Assembly: GCA_027019175.1 (NCBI GenBank)
Contig: JALUXB010000009.1
Span: forward strand, 34,311-98,310
Length of the DNA: 64,000 nt
Direction of reading: 5' to 3'
Origin: Sulfurovum sp.
GTDB lineage: Bacteria > Campylobacterota > Campylobacteria > Campylobacterales > Sulfurovaceae
The first letter of the stretch is position 1; each line of letters begins with the position of its first letter. Both the position numbers and the translations under genes were made by a program. Below are positions 27,664 through 36,996 of the stretch, piece by piece. The notes beneath the pieces were generated by a model. That model did not search any database. It was given only the letters and a program-made list of their open reading frames with translations, and was not told the DNA's origin.

Positions 27664-27701
27664 TATAATGGTTTTAAGCATTAATGATTATTTTTTAAGC
27701 A
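27664..27701 (+). promoter_or_regulatory. Promoter of NtrC-like gene with downstream operator variant
   Basis: TATAAT 27664-27669; TGATTATTTTTTAAGCA at 27685-27701 (1 mismatch) between -10 and RBS. Confidence 0.7.
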
Positions 27702-27728
27702 TTAAGAGGAAGGAACACTTCACCCTTT

Positions 27729-28463
27729 ATGGAAACATTTTATACAGATTCACCGCAGGTTCAGCAAATTATTCAAGGATTGAACCTAACCAGAACACTC
27801 TTTGTCTCTTCTATCGTCATAGGGGAACCCCATATTGGAAAGAAAACACTTGTGACACATCTCTTCCCCGATATTCCAGTTGTCTCAGGAGAAAATCAGG
27901 ATGAAGTCGAAGCCATACTCGAACACTCTGACGAGCTGATCATTACCAATTTTGAAAAACTTTCCAATAAAGAGAACCTCGTTTTCGACAACAAACGCAT
28001 CATTGCCACAGCAGACTATATCGGTAACCAAAAGACCATCGACAGCTTATTTGCTTTTATTTACATGATGCCTACATACAAGGAACGTCCTGAAGATCTC
28101 AAGCATCTTAAAACCCGCTTCCTTGAAGAGGCGGCAGCGACCTTGATGCTTGATGCTTCATCCTATACGCTTTCACAGCTTCCTACTGACCTGACACAGA
28201 ACAGCAAAAGCCTCAAACGTACCATATACCATTACCTTATGAGTCGTAATATGAGCAAAAAAGAGATTGAAGAGACACTGTATACCTATTTTATTGAGCA
28301 TCTTGAAGGCAATAACGGATACAAAGAGTATGTGGGAATGTATGAACGTCCTCTCATTAAGGCAGGGCTTGAGAAATACGGCTCTCAACTAAAACTTTCC
28401 GAAATTCTCGGTATCAACCGCAATACACTAAGGAAGAAGATCCATGAGCACGGCATCGATTGA
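27729..28463 (+). CDS. NtrC-like Fis-HTH regulator, degenerate AAA+, no receiver domain
   Basis: Degenerate Walker A GEPHIGKK, RIIATAD, MPTYKERPEDL (cf. LPPLRERREDI), HTH ERPLIKAGL..LGINRNTLRKKI; no GAFTGA. Confidence 0.8.
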   Translation: METFYTDSPQVQQIIQGLNLTRTLFVSSIVIGEPHIGKKTLVTHLFPDIPVVSGENQDEVEAILEHSDELIITNFEKLSNKENLVFDNKRIIATADYIGNQKTIDSLFAFIYMMPTYKERPEDLKHLKTRFLEEAAATLMLDASSYTLSQLPTDLTQNSKSLKRTIYHYLMSRNMSKKEIEETLYTYFIEHLEGNNGYKEYVGMYERPLIKAGLEKYGSQLKLSEILGINRNTLRKKIHEHGID

Positions 28464-29145
28464 TTTCCGCCCCTTTGTAGAGTGGGACAACAACCCCTTC
28501 ATTCTCTTCGACCCAAAAGGAAAGATCCTCTACCTCAACAACAGTGCGGAGATCCTGCTTGGATATGTCTCCAAAAAGGAGCTTTTCGACCTTGCACTTG
28601 CCTACGCACCGCAAAACTTCGGCTATAAAACGACAAGTATCTCTCTGCGTTACGAAGCTTTCAACTTCTACTCTATCACTGTAGGGTACGAAAATGAAGA
28701 GCAGCTTGCCATACGTTTCTACAATGCGCCAAGGCTCAGAAATCATACACCGGTGGAGAAAGAGAAACTCACTCTTACTGACATTAACCTGCTGCTTGAA
28801 GCCAATATTGCCCTCTTTAAAACAAAAAACAGCAATCCGCTGCAACTGTTGACCGATCCGGATATGCCACAGCTTAGAATCGACCAGAACCGCTTTTCAA
28901 AACTGCTGCGTAAAGTACTCGAATCATTCCGCGCATCCGACTCCATACGCATTGAACTCAAACTCCTTGTCGGGGAGCATGTCATTATCGATGAGCAAAA
29001 AATCTCCATTGCCCAGCTTTCCACTACGGCAAACGGACGCTATGTCGATAATGACAAGGAGATAAAAATACTTTCGGAAGAGTGCAATATCCGCAGTAAC
29101 CTCCAGGAATCCTCCATCAAACTCGAAATTCCGCTGATTGCATAG
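28444..29145 (+). CDS. PAS plus degenerate NtrB-like HATPase domain, lacking His-phosphotransfer domain
   Basis: PFILFDPKGKILYLNNSAEILLG (PAS); TDPDMPQLRIDQNRFSKLL and ANG remnants; no H-box. Confidence 0.6.
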   Translation: MSTASIDFRPFVEWDNNPFILFDPKGKILYLNNSAEILLGYVSKKELFDLALAYAPQNFGYKTTSISLRYEAFNFYSITVGYENEEQLAIRFYNAPRLRNHTPVEKEKLTLTDINLLLEANIALFKTKNSNPLQLLTDPDMPQLRIDQNRFSKLLRKVLESFRASDSIRIELKLLVGEHVIIDEQKISIAQLSTTANGRYVDNDKEIKILSEECNIRSNLQESSIKLEIPLIA

Positions 29146-29147
29146 AT

Positions 29148-29201
29148 TGATTAAAAAATAATCAGCTCCTTCCTCCATTTTCTTCTCCCGCGTGGTAAGA
29201 T
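29148..29201 (+). promoter_or_regulatory. amtB promoter with 17-bp operator
   Basis: TGATTAAAAAATAATCA 29148-29164 (exact reverse complement of the narK/nirA sites); TGG-TAAGAT extended -10 at 29193-29201, centre 40 bp upstream. Confidence 0.72.
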
Positions 29202-29236
29202 AACCTTTGTAAACCAAACACTACAAAGGACACAGC

Positions 29237-30544
29237 ATGAAGTTAAAACTTTTCGCTTTACTGGCAGCATTTATGCCAATTGCCGCTTTTTCGGCAGACA
29301 AACTCGATTCGGGTGATACGGCGTGGATGATGATCTCAACCGCACTTGTTCTCCTCATGACACCGGCAGGACTGGCACTTTTCTATGCAGGAATGTCAAG
29401 AAGCAAGAATGCCCTTAATACCTATGCCATGGTTATGGGTGCCTTCGTTCTGGCATTTGTTGTATGGATCGTTGCAGGATACTCTCTTGCATTTGGGACA
29501 GCAGGAAGTGCTTTCGTTCAGAAATTTATCGGTGGCTTCGGTAATATCCTTCTGAGTGAAACCAAATGGACAGACCTTAGCGGTACCTACCCTGCGTATG
29601 TGTTCGTTGCTTTCCAGGGAACATTCGCAGCTATTACCGTAGCAATTGCATCAGGTTCAGTCATCGGACGAATGAAGTTCTCTACCTGGATGGTTATCGT
29701 TGCACTCTGGGGTCTTGTTGTCTATGCACCAATTACTCACATGGTATGGGGTGGCGACGGAGCACTGCTCTTTGATGCAGGTGCGCTTGACTTTGCAGGT
29801 GGTACTGTCGTACATATGAACGGTGGTCTTGCAGGTCTGGTTCTTGCAATTCTAGTAGGGAAAAGAGTCGGCTACCCTAAAACAGCTATGAAACCGTTCA
29901 GTATCATTCTTACTGCAGCAGGTGCTGCCCTGCTCTGGTTCGGTTGGTACGGGTTCAACGGCGGTTCTGCATTCGGTGCGAACAAAATTGCCGGTCTTGC
30001 AGTTTTAACAACGACTGTTGCAACTGCTGCGGCAGGTGTTACCTGGCTGCTGCTTGAGTGGGCTATCTTTAAAAAGCCTACCCTTCTTGGTATTGCGTCT
30101 GGTATCATTGCCGGTCTGGTTGCCATCACACCTGCTGCAGGATTCGTTTCTGTAGGAGGATCGTTCATCGTTGGTATCGGTGGTACTCTCATCGCATTCT
30201 TCGGTGTCGTTACACTCAAGAAAAAACTCGGTTACGACGACTCACTTGATGCTTTCGGTATCCACTTCCTTGCAGGTCTCTGGGGTGCTCTTGTTACCGG
30301 TTTGCTCGCACTCAACGACAAAGATCTTCTCTGGGACGGACCGCTTAAAGAGAGTGGAGACAGAATAGGGCAGTTCATGGTTCAGGTTCAGTCTGTTGTC
30401 GTTGTCGGCCTCTGGACACTGATCGGTACTGTCATTGTTTACTATATTGCAAGTGCCCTGACAGGTGGTGCAAGAGTTGCAACAGAAGATGAAGAAATCG
30501 GACTTGACGAGTCTGTTCACGGAGAGAGAGGAATGAACCTTTAA
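29237..30544 (+). CDS. amtB: Ammonium transporter
   Basis: GDTAWMMIST, GLALFYAGM, LDFAGGTVVHMNGG, LLWFGWYGFNGGS, DDSLDAFGIH. Confidence 0.97.
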   Translation: MKLKLFALLAAFMPIAAFSADKLDSGDTAWMMISTALVLLMTPAGLALFYAGMSRSKNALNTYAMVMGAFVLAFVVWIVAGYSLAFGTAGSAFVQKFIGGFGNILLSETKWTDLSGTYPAYVFVAFQGTFAAITVAIASGSVIGRMKFSTWMVIVALWGLVVYAPITHMVWGGDGALLFDAGALDFAGGTVVHMNGGLAGLVLAILVGKRVGYPKTAMKPFSIILTAAGAALLWFGWYGFNGGSAFGANKIAGLAVLTTTVATAAAGVTWLLLEWAIFKKPTLLGIASGIIAGLVAITPAAGFVSVGGSFIVGIGGTLIAFFGVVTLKKKLGYDDSLDAFGIHFLAGLWGALVTGLLALNDKDLLWDGPLKESGDRIGQFMVQVQSVVVVGLWTLIGTVIVYYIASALTGGARVATEDEEIGLDESVHGERGMNL

Positions 30545-30577
30545 GGTTCTTCCCTGACAATACAGTAAAAAGGATAG

Positions 30578-30922
<345 letters not shown>

Positions 30923-30929
30923 TTCTCTT

Positions 30930-30952
30930 TGGTAAAGGAGTCTCCTTTACCA
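30930..30952. terminator. Probable bidirectional terminator hairpin
   Basis: TGGTAAAGGAG-T-CTCCTTTACCA perfect inverted repeat between convergent glnB and yigZ. Confidence 0.7.
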
Positions 30953-30953
30953 T

Positions 30954-31508
30954 CTATCCCCTACTTTCCCAACTTCTTATCTTCTCTTCTGAAGCTGTAA
31001 TTTTCCATATTACTTTATTGACACCATACTTACGTTCGATATCTCTAATGCCATACTGCTTTAGTCTATAGAGTGTCCTGTCAATGGTACTGTAATCTGT
31101 GGTAAATGTATGTTCTACCCTTTTTTCATATGCACTAAGTTCCGCGTGTACCAAAACATCTTTGACCGCCTGCGCATAAGCACGAGCCATACCGCCTGTA
31201 CCAAGTTTTATTCCACCAAAATACCGGACGATCAATATCGCCACATTAACCAATTCCTCTCCACGCAGTACATTGAGCGCAGGCACTCCGGCACACCCCT
31301 TTGGCTCTCCGTCATCCGTACTTTGTTCTACAATTTGTTCAAATTCATTTAGATACCGGAGGGCATAGACAACATGGTTGGCTTTGGGATGCTCTTGCTT
31401 GAGTTTTTCCTGCAATCCTTCAAAATCTGCATAGGGTACCAAAAAACTCAGAAACTTGGAACGGTTTACCACCGTTTCGGTATGACAGGAGGTCAGGAGT
31501 GTTTTCAT
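30954..31508 (-). CDS. yigZ: YigZ/IMPACT family protein
   Basis: RSKFLS, HPKANHVVYA, DDGEPKGCAG, VRYFGGIKLGTGGMARAY. Confidence 0.92.
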   Translation of the reverse strand: MKTLLTSCHTETVVNRSKFLSFLVPYADFEGLQEKLKQEHPKANHVVYALRYLNEFEQIVEQSTDDGEPKGCAGVPALNVLRGEELVNVAILIVRYFGGIKLGTGGMARAYAQAVKDVLVHAELSAYEKRVEHTFTTDYSTIDRTLYRLKQYGIRDIERKYGVNKVIWKITASEEKIRSWESRG

Positions 31509-32449
31509 ATGTCAGCAATTTGTGACACCCGTTTTGTGATCAGATCCACAAACCGGTCATCATCATTAAAACAACGTGCAACCACATAGTCTTCATAGTG
31601 TAACTTCTCTGCAATCTCGCGGTGTTCAATATCGAGTTCGAACACTGTTTCCGAGTTGTCAATGGTGAATGCAAGCGGGTAAATAAGCACCTTTCTGTGT
31701 GTCGGATTTCGCAGTACATCGGCAAGGTTTGGTTCCAGCCATGCCGATTTACCCACTTTGGACTGATAAACCAGCTTGATCTCGTGAAAGACAATACCCT
31801 TTGAAGCAAACCAGACTTTAAGTGCGGAGACATTCCCCTCTACCTGCTTTTCGTAAGGGTCACCTGCCTTAATGATACTCATTGGCAAACCGTGAGCAGA
31901 AAGCAGCAAATCATATTCTTCTGTTTTTTTACCCTCTATAGCTTCAAGAATTTTTGTACCGCATGCTTCTATATAATCATAATCATCATAATAGGGATCG
32001 ATGAGTGTTATTTTGGGTGTATATCCCATCGCTTTACAGTGCGCTTCAATATCTTCGACAGAAGAAAGTGTTGTAGTCGTCGAATATTGCGGGTACATGG
32101 GGAACAACAGTAACTCCTCCACTCCAGCCTCTTTACAGGCATATAATGCCCTGTCTGCAAAAGGAGGTACATAACGCATTGCCGCATGAATTGGCATATC
32201 AAGCCGTTGCTCAAGCTTCCCAATGAGTTTTTGTGTCAGTTCAGGAAGTGGTGACTTTCCGCCCAAGAGCCTGTAATTTTCTTTGACTTCGTCCACGCGC
32301 TTGGAGATAATAATATTCGCAACAAATTTCCGCATATAGGGGTTCATAGGAAGGATATGTTTGTCTGCGAACATATTGTGCAAAAAGAGTTCCACTTCGT
32401 CAATACTGTTCGGGCCGCCCATATTGAGCAGTAGAAGTGCCTGTTTCAT
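31505..32449 (-). CDS. hemH: Ferrochelatase
   Basis: LLNMGGP, GGKSPL, AMRYVPP, PMYPQYS, LLSAHGLP, YQSKVG, ETVFELD. Confidence 0.95.
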   Translation of the reverse strand: MKQALLLLNMGGPNSIDEVELFLHNMFADKHILPMNPYMRKFVANIIISKRVDEVKENYRLLGGKSPLPELTQKLIGKLEQRLDMPIHAAMRYVPPFADRALYACKEAGVEELLLFPMYPQYSTTTTLSSVEDIEAHCKAMGYTPKITLIDPYYDDYDYIEACGTKILEAIEGKKTEEYDLLLSAHGLPMSIIKAGDPYEKQVEGNVSALKVWFASKGIVFHEIKLVYQSKVGKSAWLEPNLADVLRNPTHRKVLIYPLAFTIDNSETVFELDIEHREIAEKLHYEDYVVARCFNDDDRFVDLITKRVSQIADI

Positions 32450-32530
32450 TCATTTCCCATCTGTTTAAAGTGCTGTATTTTAGCATAGACAGTGTAAAAT
32501 CGTACCTAATACCACTCAAAAGGTTTTATC

Positions 32531-33250
32531 ATGATTATTATTCCCGCACGGATAGGCTCTACACGCTTTCCAAACAAGGTTCTTGCAGATATCGGAGGGG
32601 TTCCGATGGTTGTACGCACGGCAATGACTGTCAGTGATGTGGACGATGTCATTATTGCCACCGATGCACAGGAAGTCGTCAATATTGCTGCCGAACACAA
32701 TATTAAAGCCATCCTTACTTCCAACACCCACCAAAGCGGTACGGATCGTATCTATGAAGCTGCAAAAAAAGCAGGATTAAAAGAAGATGCTATCATCATC
32801 AATGTTCAGGGGGATGAGCCCTTTCTTGAGAGTGAAGTGGTGCGTGCCGTCTATGACCTCACAGTGAAAAACAGAGACAATGAAAAAATACTGATGAACT
32901 CCTGTTATAAACGTATCAGCAATCCTGAAGCGGATGATCCCAATATCGTCAAGGTCGTTACGGACACTGAAGAAATTGCCCTCTACTTCTCCCGTGCCAA
33001 AATTCCCTATCCAAGAGACCATCACTTTGACCAATACAAAGGTCACCTCGGCATTTACGGATTTACACTCCGTTCACTTGAGCGTTTCTGCACCCTTTCC
33101 CCCGCACCGCTTGAAGAGATAGAAAAACTCGAACAGTTGCGTGCACTCTATCACGGTTACGAAGTTGCAATGACAGCAGTAGAAACAGAAAGTTTTGGAA
33201 TTGATACCCCCGAAGATTTGGAAAAAGCCATCAGATACCATCGGCTCTGA
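32531..33250 (+). CDS. kdsB: CMP-KDO synthetase
   Basis: IIPARIGSTRFPNKVLADI, SGTDR, NVQGDEP, LYFSRAKIP, EKLEQLRAL. Confidence 0.96.
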   Translation: MIIIPARIGSTRFPNKVLADIGGVPMVVRTAMTVSDVDDVIIATDAQEVVNIAAEHNIKAILTSNTHQSGTDRIYEAAKKAGLKEDAIIINVQGDEPFLESEVVRAVYDLTVKNRDNEKILMNSCYKRISNPEADDPNIVKVVTDTEEIALYFSRAKIPYPRDHHFDQYKGHLGIYGFTLRSLERFCTLSPAPLEEIEKLEQLRALYHGYEVAMTAVETESFGIDTPEDLEKAIRYHRL

Positions 33251-33263
33251 TCACTTTAATACC

Positions 33264-34520
33264 TTATCCATGTTTATTTACTGCTTGTCCAAGATCCCAC
33301 ATCGGCATAAAAATACCCAGCGCCATCAAAAGAACTAATCCGGCGATAAAAAAGAGCATAATGGGTTCAATATATGCCGCCAGGTTATCGATAAGATCCT
33401 GAAATTGCATATCATAGTACTCTGTTACCTTCTCAAGCATTGCGTCGAGCTGCCCCCCAGCCTCACCTGCCTTAATCATTTGTAAAAGCATATTCTCATA
33501 CAATCCTGTCAATGCAAACGCTTCAGCAAGATTCATACCTCTACCTATATTTGCATTTACTGTCAAAAGTTGCTCTTTAATTGCCAGATTGTCTACCATC
33601 CCCACTGCTGTATCCAATGCTTCAGAAACTGGAATGCCTGAATGCACTAGCTCAGCAAATACAAGGTTGTATCTATGCATTGTTGAAAGAAAAATTGCTT
33701 TATTAATCAAATAAAACTTAGGATGAATTAAGAGCTTATCAATATGGTATTGAAAGTCTTTATTATTTTTATACAAGAACTTTAAAATAAATACTATTGA
33801 GATCAGTCCAAAGAGAACATATATCCCATAATTGCTTAAAAGCCATTCTAGCTTTAACAAAATAATTGTTGGCAAGGGAAGTTCCGCTTTAAATTGGGCA
33901 AAGATTGCTTTAAACTTTGGCACTACAACTACAATTAATATGGTAAAAGCAATTGCCATTGCAATAAGTGTGATAATAGGTGTACGAATTGCTTTTTTAA
34001 ATTTTGCAGTATTATCCCTTATGTTTTCTAAAATATCTGCTAATTTATGATATGACTCAGAAATATTACCCGTTCTCTCTCCCAACTTTGTCATTGCAAG
34101 TGCCACATGACCAAATTCTTCTGTGTATGGTTCCATTGCATCAGACATACTATGCCCTGCATTGATATCACTATTCATTTTGCTATATATCTCTTTAAGT
34201 CTTGCATTGTGTGTATTCTCAGCAACGTCTTCAAGTGTATCATTAATAGCAATTCCAGCATCAGTCATCACAGCAATCTGACGTATAGTAGAAATCTTAT
34301 CATTAATAGGAACTTTTGATTTCATTGATCTTTTTAAACTGGAAAAAAACTTCGAAATTGTGTCCTCTAATGGTACTGATGTTTCTTCTGCTTTAATAAC
34401 CATCACGCCATCTTGAAATTTATGCTTCGCCTGTTTGATTGCAGCAATTTTGGACTCTGCCTGCAAAGTCAAATTCTCTTTTTTACCCCGTCTCATGACA
34501 GTTACATTAAAATATTTCAT
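33264..34520 (-). CDS. Type II secretion / type IV pilus platform protein (GspF/PilC; CtsF-like)
   Basis: Two T2SSF domains, GERTGNI, IKAGEAGGQLDAML, IEPIML..MPMWDL. Confidence 0.92.
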   Translation of the reverse strand: MKYFNVTVMRRGKKENLTLQAESKIAAIKQAKHKFQDGVMVIKAEETSVPLEDTISKFFSSLKRSMKSKVPINDKISTIRQIAVMTDAGIAINDTLEDVAENTHNARLKEIYSKMNSDINAGHSMSDAMEPYTEEFGHVALAMTKLGERTGNISESYHKLADILENIRDNTAKFKKAIRTPIITLIAMAIAFTILIVVVVPKFKAIFAQFKAELPLPTIILLKLEWLLSNYGIYVLFGLISIVFILKFLYKNNKDFQYHIDKLLIHPKFYLINKAIFLSTMHRYNLVFAELVHSGIPVSEALDTAVGMVDNLAIKEQLLTVNANIGRGMNLAEAFALTGLYENMLLQMIKAGEAGGQLDAMLEKVTEYYDMQFQDLIDNLAAYIEPIMLFFIAGLVLLMALGIFMPMWDLGQAVNKHG

Positions 34521-36265
34521 TATAATCTCGCTACCCTGTAAATTTCTTCAATGGTTGTTTTCCCATCAAGTGCTTTATGCACACCGTCTTCAAACATACT
34601 GATAAATCCTTCTTCGATTGCCTGTTTTGTCAATTCCTCTTTGGAAGCATTCCTTGCAATCATTCTGGACATTGTTTCACTGATGACCAATACTTCAGAA
34701 ATCATTTCCCGCCCTTTGTAACCACTCATACCACACTCTTTACACCCTTCACCTTTGTAAAAGACAGGGTTTTCCGGTAAATACTGCTTTACATCCTTGA
34801 GAAGACGTTCAGGAAGTACGGTTTCATGTTTACAGTAAGGACATATTTTACGTACCAGTCGCTGTGCCTGAATCGCTACCAACGCACCACTGACAAGATA
34901 CTCTTCAATTCCCATATCCAAAATTCTGGTTACAGCCGAAATTGAATCGTTCGTATGCAGTGTCGAAAGCACAAGGTGCCCTGTCAATGCCGCCTGTATC
35001 GCAATACGCAGTGTTTCCTTGTCACGAATCTCCCCGATCATAATCTTGTCTGGATCCTGACGGAGAATAGAGCGCAGCGCATCTGCAAAACCAAGTCCCA
35101 CATGCGGACGCACCTGTACCTGCTGCAATCCCGCCATCTGATACTCTACCGGGTCTTCAACGGTAATAATCTTGTCCTTAACATCTTTAATCGCATTCAA
35201 AGCACCATAGAGTGTTGTCGTTTTACCTGAACCTGTAGGACCGGTGACCAATACAATCCCATAAGGTACTTTGATCGCATTGGAGAAGCGTTCATAACAA
35301 AACTGACTCATCCCTGCATCTTCAAGCCGTATCATTGCCTTGGACTTGTCGAGAATCCTCAAAACAATTGATTCACCGTAAATTGTAGGCAGTGTCGAAA
35401 CCCTGAAGTCAAAGTCTTTTCCGGAAACTGTCGCAGAAAAACGGCCATCCTGAGGTTTACGTTTTTCGGCAATATCAAGGTTTGAAAGCAACTTCATACG
35501 TGATGCAAGCGGATTAAAGATATCTTTGTCAAATGTAAAACTCTGTCTCAAAATACCATCGACACGTTCTCTCACAACGCAGCTTTTTTCTGTCGCTTCT
35601 ATATGAATATCCGATGCCCCAATATAAATGGCTGACTTCAGAATAATATCAATGAGTTTCAATACAGCAGATGATCCTTCATCATCTTCATCCAGCGTTG
35701 GGCTCCCTTCCTGACTCAGGTCCTTACGAATATCGGCAATCAAGCCCTTTACACTCTCATTAATTTCCAGTCTTTGAAGCTGTTGGGCAATCTGGCTTGG
35801 CTTTGCAAGGGCTATCTTAATTGGTTTCTTGGGGAAAAGACGCTGAATAGCATCCTGTGCACCCATATCCAAAGGATCAGCAAAAGCAATCAGGACATGG
35901 AGATCACTCTCTTCTATAGGAAGAACATTATATTTAATAAGCTGTTTGTAGGGAAGTTCAGAGAAAAGCTTCATATCGATTTCTACTTCATCCAAGTCTA
36001 CATACTCTATATGAAGTTCCTTTGCTACCTCTTTCAAAATAGGAACAATATCGATACCTTCAATTTTCTCAAGATGTGAAAGGGTTATAACCCCTTGTCG
36101 TATTTTTTTAACCAAAAAATTATCAACAACAGCAGGATCAACCATCTTCTCTGCAATCAAATTGGCAAAAGATATCTTTTTAGGAGGTCTGCTCTTCACC
36201 AGTTTAGAGATGGATTCTTTTGTTACCAATCCTTCATCCAGCATCATTTCGATCAGTTTAACCAT
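34520..36265 (-). CDS. GspE/PilB family assembly ATPase (CtsE-like)
   Basis: ASDIHIE, PQDGRF, VTGPTGSGKTTTLY, LRQDPDKIMIGEIRD, STLHTND, Zn motif CPYC/CKEC. Confidence 0.95.
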   Translation of the reverse strand: MVKLIEMMLDEGLVTKESISKLVKSRPPKKISFANLIAEKMVDPAVVDNFLVKKIRQGVITLSHLEKIEGIDIVPILKEVAKELHIEYVDLDEVEIDMKLFSELPYKQLIKYNVLPIEESDLHVLIAFADPLDMGAQDAIQRLFPKKPIKIALAKPSQIAQQLQRLEINESVKGLIADIRKDLSQEGSPTLDEDDEGSSAVLKLIDIILKSAIYIGASDIHIEATEKSCVVRERVDGILRQSFTFDKDIFNPLASRMKLLSNLDIAEKRKPQDGRFSATVSGKDFDFRVSTLPTIYGESIVLRILDKSKAMIRLEDAGMSQFCYERFSNAIKVPYGIVLVTGPTGSGKTTTLYGALNAIKDVKDKIITVEDPVEYQMAGLQQVQVRPHVGLGFADALRSILRQDPDKIMIGEIRDKETLRIAIQAALTGHLVLSTLHTNDSISAVTRILDMGIEEYLVSGALVAIQAQRLVRKICPYCKHETVLPERLLKDVKQYLPENPVFYKGEGCKECGMSGYKGREMISEVLVISETMSRMIARNASKEELTKQAIEEGFISMFEDGVHKALDGKTTIEEIYRVARL

Positions 36266-36342
36266 AGCACTTTCCCTTTCTTTATCTGCCTCTTTTTATA
36301 AAGTATACCATCACAACTTTCCAAAGAAATTAAACAATACTA

Positions 36343-36996
36343 CTAAATTTTACCTTTTTTTATTTTATCCAGTAATACTTTAGCCTCAATGGAATGGGTA
36401 CGTCTAATATAGACTGTTAAAATATGGATTGCTTCATTCCTGTGTCCCTGTTTGGCTTTTGCCTTTGCGAATATCAACCAGCTCTCTTCAACATTTCCGT
36501 TGACTTTATTTGTCTGAAGTGCCCAGTATTCCGCTTTTTTATAATTTTTACGCTGATAATAGCTTTTTGCGAGAAAAAGGGAATCGTCAATATCATGTCC
36601 CATTCGGAAACGTTTCTCTATCTCTTTGAAAGAAGACTTCTTCTTTGATGCATCAATAACTTGAATATGAATCTTTTTCTTTTCCCCGTTATGGTAGCTT
36701 CCTGTTCCCTCCTCTTCTGTCACTTTTGCAATTTCTATGGGAGCATCGATCAATATGTCGTTCTTGTTTTTTTCGGCAACATCAACAATACCTCTGTCTA
36801 TGTAAATATCAATATCAGACTTTACTGTTTTTTGCTTGGATGCAGTATAGGTTTTGAAAATATCATGTTTATTTTTTAGGAAAAAAGCCGTACCGCCTAT
36901 CCCCAATACTATGACCGCAATACCTATAATGAAAGGAATTCTTTTTTTACGTTTATAACGTTTCCATTCCTCCTCAAGTACTTCAATATTATACAT
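36343..36996 (-). CDS. Membrane-anchored TPR-like pilus/competence accessory protein (CtsX-like position)
   Basis: N-terminal TM, C-terminal helical repeats (LFLAKSYYQRKNY..AEYWAL); operon position. Confidence 0.6.
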   Translation of the reverse strand: MYNIEVLEEEWKRYKRKKRIPFIIGIAVIVLGIGGTAFFLKNKHDIFKTYTASKQKTVKSDIDIYIDRGIVDVAEKNKNDILIDAPIEIAKVTEEEGTGSYHNGEKKKIHIQVIDASKKKSSFKEIEKRFRMGHDIDDSLFLAKSYYQRKNYKKAEYWALQTNKVNGNVEESWLIFAKAKAKQGHRNEAIHILTVYIRRTHSIEAKVLLDKIKKGKI

